The translations under genes and the position numbers were made by a program. From positions 4,339 through 68,338 of the forward strand of contig PSPX01000011.1 in NCBI GenBank assembly GCA_004195715.1: 64,000 nt of DNA. Direction: 5' to 3'. The notes under the pieces were generated by a model. It saw nothing but the letters and a program-made list of their open reading frames with translations, was not told the origin of the DNA and ran no database searches. Shown here one piece after another: positions 9,791 to 20,900 of this stretch; positions within the stretch are counted from its first letter, which is position 1, and every line of letters starts with the position of its first letter. This stretch comes from Methanobacteriota archaeon. Lineage in GTDB: Archaea > Thermoplasmatota > Poseidoniia > Poseidoniales > Thalassarchaeaceae.

Positions 9791-10480
9791 GTGCGACCTG
9801 TCATCGGCATCACCTGCTTCATGCGTGAAACCGTTTACGGGAACTGGCACAGGCATGCAGCCATCCTTCCATCGGCATATGTCTCGGCTATAGACAGGGT
9901 CGGTGGCACCCCGCTCATCATCCCACCAGCAGGTGACATGACCAAGATCCTCGACAGCATCGACGGTTTGGTCGTCTCAGGTGGGCCGGATCTGTGTCCT
10001 GACAGTTATGGAGAAGATCCCGAGTCGATGACCGTAGAGTTCTATCCTGATCAGGATGCCACTGAGATGAGCCTAATCCGAGAGGCCATGGCCAGAGACA
10101 TGCCCTTCTTCGGCGTTTGCAGGGGCATGCAGATTCTCAGCGTTATGCACGGCGGAAGTTTGCACCAACACCTAGACTCGACCCCCGGTCACGAGGACCA
10201 CGGAGGGTTCGACGGCGTCGAGACTGAGCACGGAGTTGCAGCGAAAGAAGGATCCTTGCTGGCGAGTCTTATGGGCACCTCGATCACAGTCAATTCGACA
10301 CATCACCAAGGCGTGGCCGACGCAGGCGATCTGACGGTCACGGCGATAGCCGAGCACGACGGGCTGATTGAGGCGGTTGAGCATCAAGACTTGAGATTCT
10401 GCCTCGGTGTGCAGTGGCACCCCGAGCGCGCCGGTCATGACGTACTGTACTCTGCGCTGGTGCAAGCGGCGCGAGGTTGA
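9791..10480 (+). CDS. Peptidase C26 / gamma-glutamyl-GABA hydrolase (PuuD-like) amidotransferase
   Basis: GVCRGMQ, NSTHHQ, GVQWHPE; GGAGGTG RBS upstream. Confidence 0.9.
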   Translation: MRPVIGITCFMRETVYGNWHRHAAILPSAYVSAIDRVGGTPLIIPPAGDMTKILDSIDGLVVSGGPDLCPDSYGEDPESMTVEFYPDQDATEMSLIREAMARDMPFFGVCRGMQILSVMHGGSLHQHLDSTPGHEDHGGFDGVETEHGVAAKEGSLLASLMGTSITVNSTHHQGVADAGDLTVTAIAEHDGLIEAVEHQDLRFCLGVQWHPERAGHDVLYSALVQAARG

Positions 10481-10509
10481 TGAAAGGTAAGCCGCGCAGC
10501 CCGGACAGA

Positions 10510-11898
10510 ATGACGCTCAGAGTCTATGACACACGCTCGCGCGAGAAGCGCAAGCTGTCCACTCTTGAGGCCGGCAAGGTGAGGATGTATGTCTGCGGTA
10601 TCACGCCGTACTCCCCCAGCCACCTAGGGCATGCTCGTTGCTACCTCGCGTTCGACATGGTGCATCGCTGGCTGGAGGCGAGTGGGTACGATGTCGACTA
10701 CGTGCAGAACTTCACTGACATTGACGACAAAATCCTCGACATCTCGAACTCGGAAGGTGTCGAGTACTCTGTGGTCGCCAACAGGAACATCGACGAGTAC
10801 CTCGAGGTCATGGACGCGATGAATGTCCTGCGAGCCGACCACTATCCCAGAGTCACTGAGACAATCCCTGAGATTATCGGCATGGTCTCAACTCTAGTGG
10901 ACAAGGGCCATGCCTATGTCGGAGATGACGGGGTCTACTTTGAAATCGACACAGCCCCGGAGAAGTTCGGACAGTTGACCGGCCAGACCCTAGAGATGGT
11001 ACGAGCTGGTGCAGGCGGGCGAGTCGAAGATACCGGCTCGGGAAAACGAGACCACCGCGACTTCGCACTCTGGAAACGAGTCAAGCCCAGCGAGCCCGCG
11101 TGGGACAGTCCATGGGGTGCTGGCAGACCAGGTTGGCACATTGAGTGCTCGGCTATGTCCCTCAAGCACTTCGGCGAGCAGTTCGACATCCACGGCGGCG
11201 GCCACGATCTACGCTTCCCTCACCATGAGGCGGAAATCTTCCAATCTGAGTGCTGCACTGGGAGCGAGCCAGTGGTAGGCTACTGGATGCACAACGGTTT
11301 CGTCAATGTAGACGGCGAGAAGATGAGCAAGAGCCTAGGTAACTTCTGGACCATTCGAGATGCCTTCGAGCACCACGCCCCCCTCGCACTGCGCTACGCA
11401 CTGCTGAGCGTGCCCTACCGCAACCCGATTGACCTGACTCCCGAGTTCTTAGGTGATGCGACCATTCACTACGACAGGCTCGTCGAGGCATACGGAACTT
11501 CACTAAGTTCAGACACTGAGTCTGATTCTGACCTATCAGGTGCTAGCGAGCGCTTCACCGCTGCAATGGATGACGACTTCAACACGCGAGCGGCGATAAT
11601 AGAGGTCCAGGGAGTGGTGTCATCCTCAGCCGGCTCCGATGTGGCGGTCTGGCTGGAGAAGCATGCCGGAAACATCCTCGGACTCCTTCCTTCATCTGAT
11701 GAGGTCAGGTCAGGAATGGCTCAGGCAGATTCGGCTCGAGCCGAGGTCGCAGAGCGGGTTGAGTCATTACTGGCCGAACGTGAGGTGGCCCGTAAATCGA
11801 GTGACTGGGGGCGTGCTGATGAGATTCGTGACGAACTTGTTTCGATAGGCGTCCTCGTAGAGGACGGCCTAGACGGACCGACTTGGCGCTTGATCTAA
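10510..11898 (+). CDS. cysS: Cysteine--tRNA ligase
   Basis: YVCGITPY, HLGH, GWHIECSAM, KMSKS. Confidence 0.97.
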   Translation: MTLRVYDTRSREKRKLSTLEAGKVRMYVCGITPYSPSHLGHARCYLAFDMVHRWLEASGYDVDYVQNFTDIDDKILDISNSEGVEYSVVANRNIDEYLEVMDAMNVLRADHYPRVTETIPEIIGMVSTLVDKGHAYVGDDGVYFEIDTAPEKFGQLTGQTLEMVRAGAGGRVEDTGSGKRDHRDFALWKRVKPSEPAWDSPWGAGRPGWHIECSAMSLKHFGEQFDIHGGGHDLRFPHHEAEIFQSECCTGSEPVVGYWMHNGFVNVDGEKMSKSLGNFWTIRDAFEHHAPLALRYALLSVPYRNPIDLTPEFLGDATIHYDRLVEAYGTSLSSDTESDSDLSGASERFTAAMDDDFNTRAAIIEVQGVVSSSAGSDVAVWLEKHAGNILGLLPSSDEVRSGMAQADSARAEVAERVESLLAEREVARKSSDWGRADEIRDELVSIGVLVEDGLDGPTWRLI

Positions 11899-14598
11899 TC
11901 ACTCTTCTTCAGAGACGAGTACAGAGGGTTCGCTGTTTACACGACTGCGAAGGTTGGAGTTGACCACGCCTATCGAGCCAACTATCACTACGAGAACGGC
12001 GAAGATGACTACCCAATAGAAAGGACCATCCATCCATGATTCATCCTCTGGCTCAGGTTCCGGCTCAGGGGACGGACCATCATCCTCGGCATCGATGAAC
12101 GACCACGCTGTCCGACAGGTCACCTCATCAGGATAACTACCTGCATCGGAGCACAGGTGAGCGGGTACGGCGATTGCCTCTGCCACCTCGAGGTTACAGA
12201 ACGACCCTCCAGCTTCGATGCATTCGTCGGTTGGCTGCATCACTACCATGATGGCACCGCACAGCAGGATCTTGCTGCTCGGAGTCGTAGGTACATTAGC
12301 CCCGGAGAGAGCCTCCTCAGTGGATTCGCACACCTCAAGGTGTATTCCCTCATCAATAGTAGTGGGGTGCGGAATGGTGCCTCCACGCGGTCCGTAGGTA
12401 GTCCACAGAACCGGTAACTCGGGTTCAGGTACTGGAGTCTGATTCTCTTCGCCTCCGCACACAGTGGTGTCACTGCAGTCATAATCGTCGCAGTCAACGT
12501 AAGGGTCACCATCGTTGTCCACTCCATCGCTGCAAGTCGTTTCGGTGTCCTCCGAGCCGCCGCTGCTGGGAGGGGTGGTGTCAATCGGACCGGCTCCACC
12601 GACAGTGCCATCGATACGGTGTCCACCCTCGTCTAACTCTACGTCGTAGTAGTCCCCCCACAGGTCAATGGTCCGGCCGTTCTGGAATGTCAGGGAGTTG
12701 TTCAGGACATCGAAGTAGCGCTCATCGCCGAGTGTGAACAGGTACTCCAGCGGCACGCTAGCGCCTTGGTTGCATTCTTGAAGCGCAGTGAGCATTTCGG
12801 CGTAGGTCTGCTGCGCTTCCGGCACGCCGTCGTAGGTGATGTCGGTGGCTTTGGTGAAGCCGACGCCCTCGATTATCTCCACTTCGTCGTCCATTGCCTG
12901 CATGATGTCGACGTCGCCGTAGATTGCCAGCCCGCCCACGACGACTAGGCGAACGTCAGGATCTATTGCGTCGACAACGTTGCGGTACGGGTCAGAGCGG
13001 AAGGTGTCGAGCACGACTAGGTCGGCGGCCAACCCTTCTTGGATGCGGCCCGTATGTTCGGACCAACCGATAGCATCGACGATGTTGGTGGTGATTGCTT
13101 GAACCAGTTCGTAATCGGTGAAGACATCGCCGAGGACGTTGTCATCCCACCAATCAGCGGTCTTCAACTCGTGCATCGAGCTCTTGGAGCCCGATGGCCC
13201 CCAGTCGGGCCCGATCATGATGTTCACACCCTCTGCCTTCGCAGTCGCGATGTCCGTGGTGTCGCCATAGAGTAGCAGGTTCGAGGTCGGCGACCAAGCC
13301 AAGCTCCCGCCCACGTCTCCAAGCGCTGAGAGTTCGGCCTGCGTCAGGCCGGTGCCGTGGACAATGACGATCTCGCCGACGAGCAGGTCGTTGGCGACGA
13401 GGATGTCGAACTCGGCGCGACTCGACTCATCGACGCCCTCGGCGAGGTGTAGGAACCAAGCGTCGAGCTCGCCTGAGGAGTTACCGTCTTTGATGTGTTG
13501 ACCGGAGTAATCCGACTCCAGCTCGGTGACCTTGGTGTGGATGTAGTCCTTGCCAAAATTGTAGAGTTCGATGTTGCGCGCGAGCATCGTTTCGAAGGTG
13601 TCGGTGGAGGATGTGCTGCTGCCCTGCAGCGCGGTGTTACCGCCGGCGACAGCTCGCAGTTCGGCGAATCTCATCGCGGATGAGTCGTATAGCGAGCACC
13701 CAATGTCCTTTGCATCACTATAGCCTGAGTAGGACTGCCATTGGTATCTGTTGTCCCATCCGTTTGTACCATGGTCCCAGAGTGGAATTAGGTTGTATTT
13801 TGCATGGTTGTGAGCATCTATGAATCCGGGATAGATTGTGCCACTGGTTGGAATCGACATGACACCTGCTGCAGTTGCCGGCGCACCTTCCGCGGCACTC
13901 CAAACTGCTTCGATTATGCCGTCGCGAACCAGTACTCGCCCGTCTTCGATGACATCGCTCTCGGACACCATCGTCACCACACGCCCCTCAAGGACATACT
14001 CTCCGCTGTGGACATGATCCTGTGGAGGGTAGCAGTTGCCCTGTAGGTGGTTGGCGCCGCCCCATTCTTGGTCGTTGGAGCCTCCCGGGGTCGGACTGCC
14101 CTCAGACAGCTTGGCCCAGTTGCCACCGGAATCGTAGCCGTAGGGAACATCCCAATCAGAATCCTCGGCCCCATAGCTCACCGAGTCCATCTCAGTCCCA
14201 GAGCCATCGAGCAGGCGAATTGTGTCCCCGTCCCAGAAATCGAACTCGATCCCCGTCCACGACCGGTAGAAGGTGACGTAGGAACCCGCCTCAAGGATGG
14301 TGCCCCAGCCGATGCTGCATGCTGGCGAACCACCGTCGGCGATGTCGTCGAGCCACCACCCGCCAATATCTATTGCGTCGGAAGTGGGGTTGTGCAACTC
14401 TACGAACTGGTCGCTGTAGATTCCCATCGAACCGTCACCGTTCCAGTCCGTGCCGTTGTATTTCTCGTTGTTAGGAGAGACTAGAATTTCGTTGATGTAA
14501 ATCGCATCGGTGGGCGCAGTCTGGGCAGATGCCACCATTACTGGGCCCAGACTTGTCATCAGCATCAGTAGGATTGCGGTCATGACAGATGCGCGCAT
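11899..14598 (-). CDS. Membrane-anchored extracellular amidohydrolase with N-terminal lamin-tail-like domain
   Basis: Signal peptide, INEIL...FVELHN...SPTPG, DAHNH, LHLAEG, VHG, IGPDW, Cys-rich CSDGVDNDGDPYVDCDDYDC, C-terminal TM. Confidence 0.85.
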   Translation of the reverse strand: MRASVMTAILLMLMTSLGPVMVASAQTAPTDAIYINEILVSPNNEKYNGTDWNGDGSMGIYSDQFVELHNPTSDAIDIGGWWLDDIADGGSPACSIGWGTILEAGSYVTFYRSWTGIEFDFWDGDTIRLLDGSGTEMDSVSYGAEDSDWDVPYGYDSGGNWAKLSEGSPTPGGSNDQEWGGANHLQGNCYPPQDHVHSGEYVLEGRVVTMVSESDVIEDGRVLVRDGIIEAVWSAAEGAPATAAGVMSIPTSGTIYPGFIDAHNHAKYNLIPLWDHGTNGWDNRYQWQSYSGYSDAKDIGCSLYDSSAMRFAELRAVAGGNTALQGSSTSSTDTFETMLARNIELYNFGKDYIHTKVTELESDYSGQHIKDGNSSGELDAWFLHLAEGVDESSRAEFDILVANDLLVGEIVIVHGTGLTQAELSALGDVGGSLAWSPTSNLLLYGDTTDIATAKAEGVNIMIGPDWGPSGSKSSMHELKTADWWDDNVLGDVFTDYELVQAITTNIVDAIGWSEHTGRIQEGLAADLVVLDTFRSDPYRNVVDAIDPDVRLVVVGGLAIYGDVDIMQAMDDEVEIIEGVGFTKATDITYDGVPEAQQTYAEMLTALQECNQGASVPLEYLFTLGDERYFDVLNNSLTFQNGRTIDLWGDYYDVELDEGGHRIDGTVGGAGPIDTTPPSSGGSEDTETTCSDGVDNDGDPYVDCDDYDCSDTTVCGGEENQTPVPEPELPVLWTTYGPRGGTIPHPTTIDEGIHLEVCESTEEALSGANVPTTPSSKILLCGAIMVVMQPTDECIEAGGSFCNLEVAEAIAVPAHLCSDAGSYPDEVTCRTAWSFIDAEDDGPSPEPEPEPEDESWMDGPFYWVVIFAVLVVIVGSIGVVNSNLRSRVNSEPSVLVSEEE

Positions 14599-14698
14599 GG
14601 CTCGCTAACGCCCCGCTTCAGGCTTTGAACCTCACCGCCTCGCGGTGCAGAGCGCATCATGTGCGAAGTGCGAAATACGGCCATATCACGGGTCCACC

Positions 14699-16110
14699 AT
14701 GACCGAGCGCAGCAAGTCGAGAACAGTCCTCGCGGCAATCATGGTCGCCAGCATGGCATTCGCGGGGTGCTTCGGGGGAGGCGAGTCCGTAGAAGATAGC
14801 ACCGTTCCTTGGGATTCGGACTACCAATACATCGCTCCCCCGTCCTCGTACGAGGACCCGCGCAATTTCACAGTTGCAGACCCGTTCACAAACACCACTT
14901 GGGGCAACGCATCATGGACGGTCTATGGAAACGAGCACGGCGGTAACTGCTGCGAGCACTACCTCGCCGCCACAAAGGAGGGCTGGATCCTCAACTTCGG
15001 CGGCGAGTACCCTACATGGAGTGAGGACAGAGGCCTCACCTGGCAGGAGTACCTGCCGACCATATTCTCCCAGCTAGGTTGCCGTGAATGGAAGCCGACT
15101 GTTCCCGGCCAAGAGGGACTTGGCGAAGGCAGTATCGTCCAAGCCACGAACGGGGACCTAATCTCCATGGGATGGTTTCCCTATCCTAGCACAAGTGGTG
15201 CGGACCAGTTCTACGCATTCTTCTATGATGCGGAGGACCAAGAGTGGAGTTGGTGCTTCAATAGGACTCCTGAGCCGTTCTATGACAGGTCCTGGCAGGT
15301 TGAGGTCGTGGGCCCAATAAACAGCTTCCTGTATGGCAACGGGCCATGGGCCAGTCTGGTCATTTCGAACTTCTGGCATCAGGTTCAGAACATCGGAGGT
15401 CAGATATCCACTGATGGTCTGAACTACGATTACTTTGGTTTCCCTGACAGAGACGACTGAACCCGGAAACCCTCGGCCCGGAGTGGGACTTCACCAAGCC
15501 CCACAAAGAAATGAGGTCCTTCCCAGTTCCATCTGGAGGGCTTTACTTCCCCAACTACTTCATTGATGGTAGTGATGCTTACCTAGACACTTCTCTAAAT
15601 TGGTGGACGGGCACCACTTTGAACGGGTCATCACTTCCATCGCAGTACTGCGCTTTCGATTCATCTACTGCATTACACTGCGTTACTGCAGGTGGAACTA
15701 TCCTAACTCACATGCTGTCATGGGATGGCGGTGAGAGTTGGCAGAATCAGACTTACAACCTATCTGCGGAGGCCTCTGAACTTGAGGAATGGGAATTCCA
15801 CACTAACGGTGTCCACGATTTATTCGTGCTAAATGTCCGCTACCAGAGCGCTGCCGGTCCCGATATCGACTTGTCATGGCATGTTAGAGAGTATTCAGAG
15901 AGTATGTTTCCAGATATGAGGACATACTTAGGTCTCGGCGATCTAGATTCGACATCCGGCGCAGGCAACGACATCAGGTTTGACTTCGCAAGTATGGGAA
16001 TCCTGCCCGACGGTGGTGCCTTCATCGCATATCACGACTCAACTGATTCCGACCCACTGTTCGGCGTAGAGATGCTTCTCCCAATCAGATACGGCCCAAC
16101 AGTGGCCTAA
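14699..16110 (+). pseudogene. Secreted lipoprotein (BNR/Asp-box, beta-propeller-like), split by a frameshift near 15457
   Basis: FAGC lipobox; Asp-box motifs SEDRGLTW and SWDGGESW; frame changes from PDRDD* to LNPETLGPEWDFTKPHKEMR. Confidence 0.65.
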
Positions 16111-19100
16111 TCACTGGTCTACGCGGAACACTATCGCAATACCATCGACCTCGAATGAGTCCGCCTCATTTGGCGCCGACCCCTCATTCAGGGTGGCGCT
16201 ACCGGCTCGAGTCTCATTCTGCACGTGAGCCCAGTCTTCGTCGGCCATCTCCGCACCTTCAATCCAGACTGACAAGGAGATACTTTCCTCGACTGCGAGG
16301 TCAAGTTCCTTGCGCTTTGACTGAATCCTACGTATCACATCGCGCGCGAGCCCGCGCGACATCAACTCCTCGTCGATGACCATGTCAAGCACTAGAGAGA
16401 CGTCTCCGAAGTCTTCGTCAGATATGGTGGCGGCCGAGTAACCCTCTTTCTCAGTGCGACGTATCTCAATGTCATTCATTGTAATCTGGTAACCCGCGAG
16501 GGCGGCGATACCGGCCTCTACCTCCAGCAGCAGTGAGTCCGGATCGGCGGTGTCGAGCTTCGCAAGCACCGCTGGCAGGTCTGACCTGCACTTCGCGCCC
16601 AATGCCTTTCTGTTCGGTTCGAGTACAATCTTCTGGAAACGGTCGAGATCCGCTTCAGTCATCAGGTTCTCAACATTCAATTCCTCTGCTAGAATCTCGT
16701 GGAAGTCAGTGAGGTCCGGGCCGCCGATGATCCAGCCGTTGCGGCACGGCAGCCTCTGTCGGCGACCCTCTTCGGCTCGGACACGCCTACCCGTCTCAGC
16801 GAGCGCACGCACGAGTTTCATCTGCTGCTCCAGTTCGTAGTCGCGTGGAGGCAAGCTACGCTCGACCAGCGCCGAGCCTAGCGGCCAGTCTGCAAGGTGG
16901 ACAGACGATCCTGCAAGATCTCGGTGTATCCTGTCGGGCATGAATGGAGAGACGGGCGCCATCAATCTGCAGACCAGCAAAAGGGCCTCATGCAGAGTAT
17001 GTTGGCAAGCCCGCTTGTCGCTGCTGTCGGCCTCATCCCACAGTCTACGTCGAGATCGACGGACGTACCAGTTAGAGAGGTCGTTGACGACGAACTCCTC
17101 GAGTTCACGCCCCGCCTTGTGGAAGTTCCAAGATTCGAAGTGCTCGTGATAAGTATCTGCCATCGTGCTTGCCTTAGATAGAACCCAGCGGTCAAGTGGG
17201 CTGCGCTCAGCCACAGCGACGTAGCCAGACTTGTCGTCGGCATCGAAACCGTCCATAGCCGCGTAGTCGGCGTGGAAGCGGTAGACGTTCCAAAGTGTGA
17301 GGAACATCTTGGCGTAAGACTCTCGGACTCCATTGGGGTCGAAGTTGGTTGGCGACCACGGCGCACTCTGCGTAGTCATGTACCAGCGGATTGAGTCCGA
17401 ACCCTCCTTGTTGAAGTGGTCCCAAGGATTGACGACATTCCCCTTCGACTTGCTCATCTTCTTACCGTCCTTGTCAAGAATGTGGCCGAGTGAGAGGCAG
17501 CGACGGTAGCAGGTGCTACCGAACACCGCCGTAGAGACTGCTAGCAGAGAGTAGAACCAACCGCGCGTCTGGTCGACAGCCTCACAGATGTAGTCCACCG
17601 GGAACGAACCTGCGAATTTATCCTCGTTCTCGAAGGGGTAGTGCCACTGCGCGAACGAGGCGCAGCCTGAGTCGAACCAGCAATCCATGACATAGGGTTC
17701 GCGCACCATTTCGCCCGAGCAGTCGTCCGAAGGGCAGTGCAGTCTGACGTCGTCGACGTATGGCCGGTGCAGCTCGGGAGGCATAGGAGAGTCATCTGTC
17801 TTCATCGAGGTCATCTCCTCAATGCTGCCGATGCAGTGCTCGTGGCCGCAGTTGGAGCAGATCCACACTGGGATAGGGGTGCCCCAGTAACGTTCGCGAC
17901 TAATCGCCCAGTCCTTGATGTTCGAGAGCCATTCTCCCATTCGCTTGCTGCCGGTCCACTCCGGAGCCCATTCGACCTCGGAGTTGTGTTGCAATATCTC
18001 GTCGCGAACCGAGGTCATGCGGACAAACCAGCTGTCCATCGCGTAGTACAGCAGAGGATGGTCGGTACGCCAGCAGTGCGGGTAGTCGTGAGTGTATGTG
18101 TGCTCGCGGTATAGCATCCCCTCGTCAGAGAGGTAGTCTATGATGTCCGAATCGCAGTCCTTGACGTAGCGCCCGTCGAGCATATTATGGGTCCCAGAGA
18201 TGAAGTTGCCGTCAATCCCCACGGTGTGCTGGGCCGGGAGGCCAACCTGCATGCCGAGGTTGTAATCCTCTTCGCCGTACATCACTGCCGTGTGGACTAC
18301 TCCTGTGCCGTCTGTGGTGGTGACGAAGTCCGCCTCGACCACTGTCCAAGCATTCTCAGAACCGCCTCTATCTACTGCACCGGGAAACAGAGGCCGGTAG
18401 GCCTTGCCAATCAGTGTCGAGCCAGGAAATTCCTCAATCACCTCGACTTGGTGCCGCAGTACATCAGAGAGCAGGTCTTTGGCTAGAATCAGTTCCTCGC
18501 CGACTCCAGCGCCCCCTCGTCCCTCCCAAGAGCCAGATGGCAACTCAGTGATTCGGACGCGGCAGTATGTGACATCCGGTCCGATAGCGAGGCCGACGTT
18601 GCCCGGTAGGGTCCAGGGGGTCGTCGTCCAAGCGAGGATGGAAGCATCATCGTCGATGAGTCGGAACTTGATGTAGACAGCCGGCTCGGAGACCTCCTTG
18701 TAGCCTAGTGACACCTCGTGGGTGGAGTAGCTGGTGCCAGTTTGGGGGCAGTATGGCAGGACCTTGTGGCCACGGAACAACAGACCCTTGTCGAACATCT
18801 GCTTGAGTGACCACCATGCCGACTCGATGTATTCGTCGTGCAGGGTGACGTATGGGTCATCCATGTCGACCCAGAAACCCATCCTCTCGGTCATCTCACG
18901 CCATACCTCTTCGTAGGTCCAGACGCTTTCCTTGCACTTGTCGTTGAAGGCCTCCATGCCGTACTCCTCGATAGCCTCGTTCGACATCAAGTCGAGTTTC
19001 TTTTGCACTTCTATCTCGACAGGTAATCCATGGGTATCCCATCCTCCCTTGCGCTCAACGACATGCCCCTCCATGGTCTTCCATCGGCATACCATGTCCT

Positions 19101-19299
19101 TGAACAGCCTCGAGATGACGTGGTGAATACCCGGCCGACCGTTTGCCGTGGGCGGCCCCTCGAGGAAGGTGAAGGGGCTGGCGCCGTTTCGGCGTGCTTC
19201 GATAGTCGCCTCAAAAGTCCCCTCTTCACTCCAGGTTTCCATCAAGGTACTCTCTAAGGCGACCGGGTCGAGGTCGCCGGCAGGTTTGGGTACGCCCAT
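16111..19299 (-). CDS. ileS: Isoleucine--tRNA ligase
   Basis: EGPPTANG, GWDTHGLP, WTTTPWTLP, DQTRGWF, KMSKS. Confidence 0.98.
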   Translation of the reverse strand: MGVPKPAGDLDPVALESTLMETWSEEGTFEATIEARRNGASPFTFLEGPPTANGRPGIHHVISRLFKDMVCRWKTMEGHVVERKGGWDTHGLPVEIEVQKKLDLMSNEAIEEYGMEAFNDKCKESVWTYEEVWREMTERMGFWVDMDDPYVTLHDEYIESAWWSLKQMFDKGLLFRGHKVLPYCPQTGTSYSTHEVSLGYKEVSEPAVYIKFRLIDDDASILAWTTTPWTLPGNVGLAIGPDVTYCRVRITELPSGSWEGRGGAGVGEELILAKDLLSDVLRHQVEVIEEFPGSTLIGKAYRPLFPGAVDRGGSENAWTVVEADFVTTTDGTGVVHTAVMYGEEDYNLGMQVGLPAQHTVGIDGNFISGTHNMLDGRYVKDCDSDIIDYLSDEGMLYREHTYTHDYPHCWRTDHPLLYYAMDSWFVRMTSVRDEILQHNSEVEWAPEWTGSKRMGEWLSNIKDWAISRERYWGTPIPVWICSNCGHEHCIGSIEEMTSMKTDDSPMPPELHRPYVDDVRLHCPSDDCSGEMVREPYVMDCWFDSGCASFAQWHYPFENEDKFAGSFPVDYICEAVDQTRGWFYSLLAVSTAVFGSTCYRRCLSLGHILDKDGKKMSKSKGNVVNPWDHFNKEGSDSIRWYMTTQSAPWSPTNFDPNGVRESYAKMFLTLWNVYRFHADYAAMDGFDADDKSGYVAVAERSPLDRWVLSKASTMADTYHEHFESWNFHKAGRELEEFVVNDLSNWYVRRSRRRLWDEADSSDKRACQHTLHEALLLVCRLMAPVSPFMPDRIHRDLAGSSVHLADWPLGSALVERSLPPRDYELEQQMKLVRALAETGRRVRAEEGRRQRLPCRNGWIIGGPDLTDFHEILAEELNVENLMTEADLDRFQKIVLEPNRKALGAKCRSDLPAVLAKLDTADPDSLLLEVEAGIAALAGYQITMNDIEIRRTEKEGYSAATISDEDFGDVSLVLDMVIDEELMSRGLARDVIRRIQSKRKELDLAVEESISLSVWIEGAEMADEDWAHVQNETRAGSATLNEGSAPNEADSFEVDGIAIVFRVDQ

Positions 19300-19395
19300 C
19301 GGCCCGGCGACCTACGACGCTGTATTGAAGATGCCCCGGTCGCCCATAGGGCGAATTCGTAATTTAGTAGACTTATTAGTGACCGCCGGGACGCC

Positions 19396-20064
19396 TTGAA
19401 CGTGTCTGAGACGTCCACTATCGCAGTCGGTGGGATGACCTGCACGGGCTGCTCTGATCGTGTGAGGGACTCCTTGGAGGCTCTGGATGGAGTTCTGAGC
19501 GCTGAGGTATCTCACGAGGCCGGGCAGGCAGTGATTTCGCACTCAGGGACGGGGCGCGAAGCCATGCTCGCGGCCATAGTCGGTGCTGGTTACAATGCAG
19601 AAGGAACGAATTCTGATTTCGACTGGGGAGATAGCGGCGTCTGGAGACAGTCGGCGAACAATACGAAGTGGTGCCTAATCGGTTGCTCAATCGGCGAGTT
19701 CGGTACCCTCGCCTACTACTCGTACTCAGGGATTACAGCAGACCTCACGATGTACTCAAACCTGTGGTACTTCTACGCCATCTTACCACTCATCAACGGA
19801 CTCGCTACTAGCGTGATGCTCGAGACAGGGTTGCTGATGCGTGGGCAGATGGACTTCCGCAACGCCCTCTCGACTGCCTTGGGGATGTCGTTCATCTCTA
19901 TGCTGATGATGGAGGTAGCGATGGAGGTCACCGATCTGCTATTCACCTCGGGGGAGCTGGGAATGAATCCGCTGGCAATACCGTTCATGCTCGTGGTTGG
20001 TTTCCTGACCCCTTGGCCTTACAACTACTGGAGACTCAAGAAGTACGGAGTCGCATGCCACTGA
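19396..20064 (+). CDS. Heavy-metal-associated (HMA) domain fused to DUF4396-like membrane domain
   Basis: GMTCTGC; WCLIGCSIGE; MSFISMLMME; PWPYNYWRLKKYG. Confidence 0.85.
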   Translation: MNVSETSTIAVGGMTCTGCSDRVRDSLEALDGVLSAEVSHEAGQAVISHSGTGREAMLAAIVGAGYNAEGTNSDFDWGDSGVWRQSANNTKWCLIGCSIGEFGTLAYYSYSGITADLTMYSNLWYFYAILPLINGLATSVMLETGLLMRGQMDFRNALSTALGMSFISMLMMEVAMEVTDLLFTSGELGMNPLAIPFMLVVGFLTPWPYNYWRLKKYGVACH

Positions 20065-20079
20065 ACCGGAGGAATAGTA

Positions 20080-20865
20080 ATGGAAGATTGGCATGAATTG
20101 AGTAATGCGATTGCTGATTGGCTAAAGGAATATGCCGACAGTAACCAAATCACTGCTTTGGTAGTAGGGGTTTCAGGAGGCATCGACTCTGCTGTAACCT
20201 CCGCCTTGTGTGCCAAAACAGGATTGAAAACTATTGCTCTCAACATACCCATCCATCAAGAGACCTCACAATACAATCTCTCCAATCAACACATTGGATG
20301 GCTGAAATCAAAATGGGAAAATGTCGATAGCCATACGATAGATCTTACCCGCACTTACGACCGGTATGCCGATGAGTTGCAAAATCACAATCTATCTGAT
20401 TTGGCTTCGGCTAATACTAGGGCCAGACTAAGGATGACCACTCTGTATGCCATAGCGGGATCCAACAACGGAATTGTAGTGGGGACCGGAAATAAAGTCG
20501 AGGACTTCGGAGTAGGATTCTTCACCAAGTATGGAGATGGAGGAGTTGACATTTCTCCCATTGCTGACTTGTACAAGTCAGAAGTATATGCACTCGCAGA
20601 GGCACTGGGAATCGTCCAGGGGATTCAGAAGGCCGCGCCTACGGATGGACTGTGGAATGACGGTAGGACCGATGAGGACCAAATGGGTGCAACTTACGAA
20701 GAATTAGAGTGGGCCATGGGTCAAATAGAGAATATATCCAATGAGGCATTGACGGAACGGCAAAGAGAAGTATTGGAGATATACCAGAGACTACACAACG
20801 CCAATTCTCACAAAATGAAGCCGATTCCAGTTTTTAGTAGATCAAACATCACCGCAGGAACTTGA
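20080..20865 (+). CDS. nadE: NH3-dependent NAD(+) synthetase
   Basis: SGGIDSA, RARLRM, FFTKYGDGG, PTDGLW...DEDQMG. Confidence 0.95.
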   Translation: MEDWHELSNAIADWLKEYADSNQITALVVGVSGGIDSAVTSALCAKTGLKTIALNIPIHQETSQYNLSNQHIGWLKSKWENVDSHTIDLTRTYDRYADELQNHNLSDLASANTRARLRMTTLYAIAGSNNGIVVGTGNKVEDFGVGFFTKYGDGGVDISPIADLYKSEVYALAEALGIVQGIQKAAPTDGLWNDGRTDEDQMGATYEELEWAMGQIENISNEALTERQREVLEIYQRLHNANSHKMKPIPVFSRSNITAGT

Positions 20866-20900
20866 ATCACCTCTCGAGTGATTTCCATAGAATCATGCAT

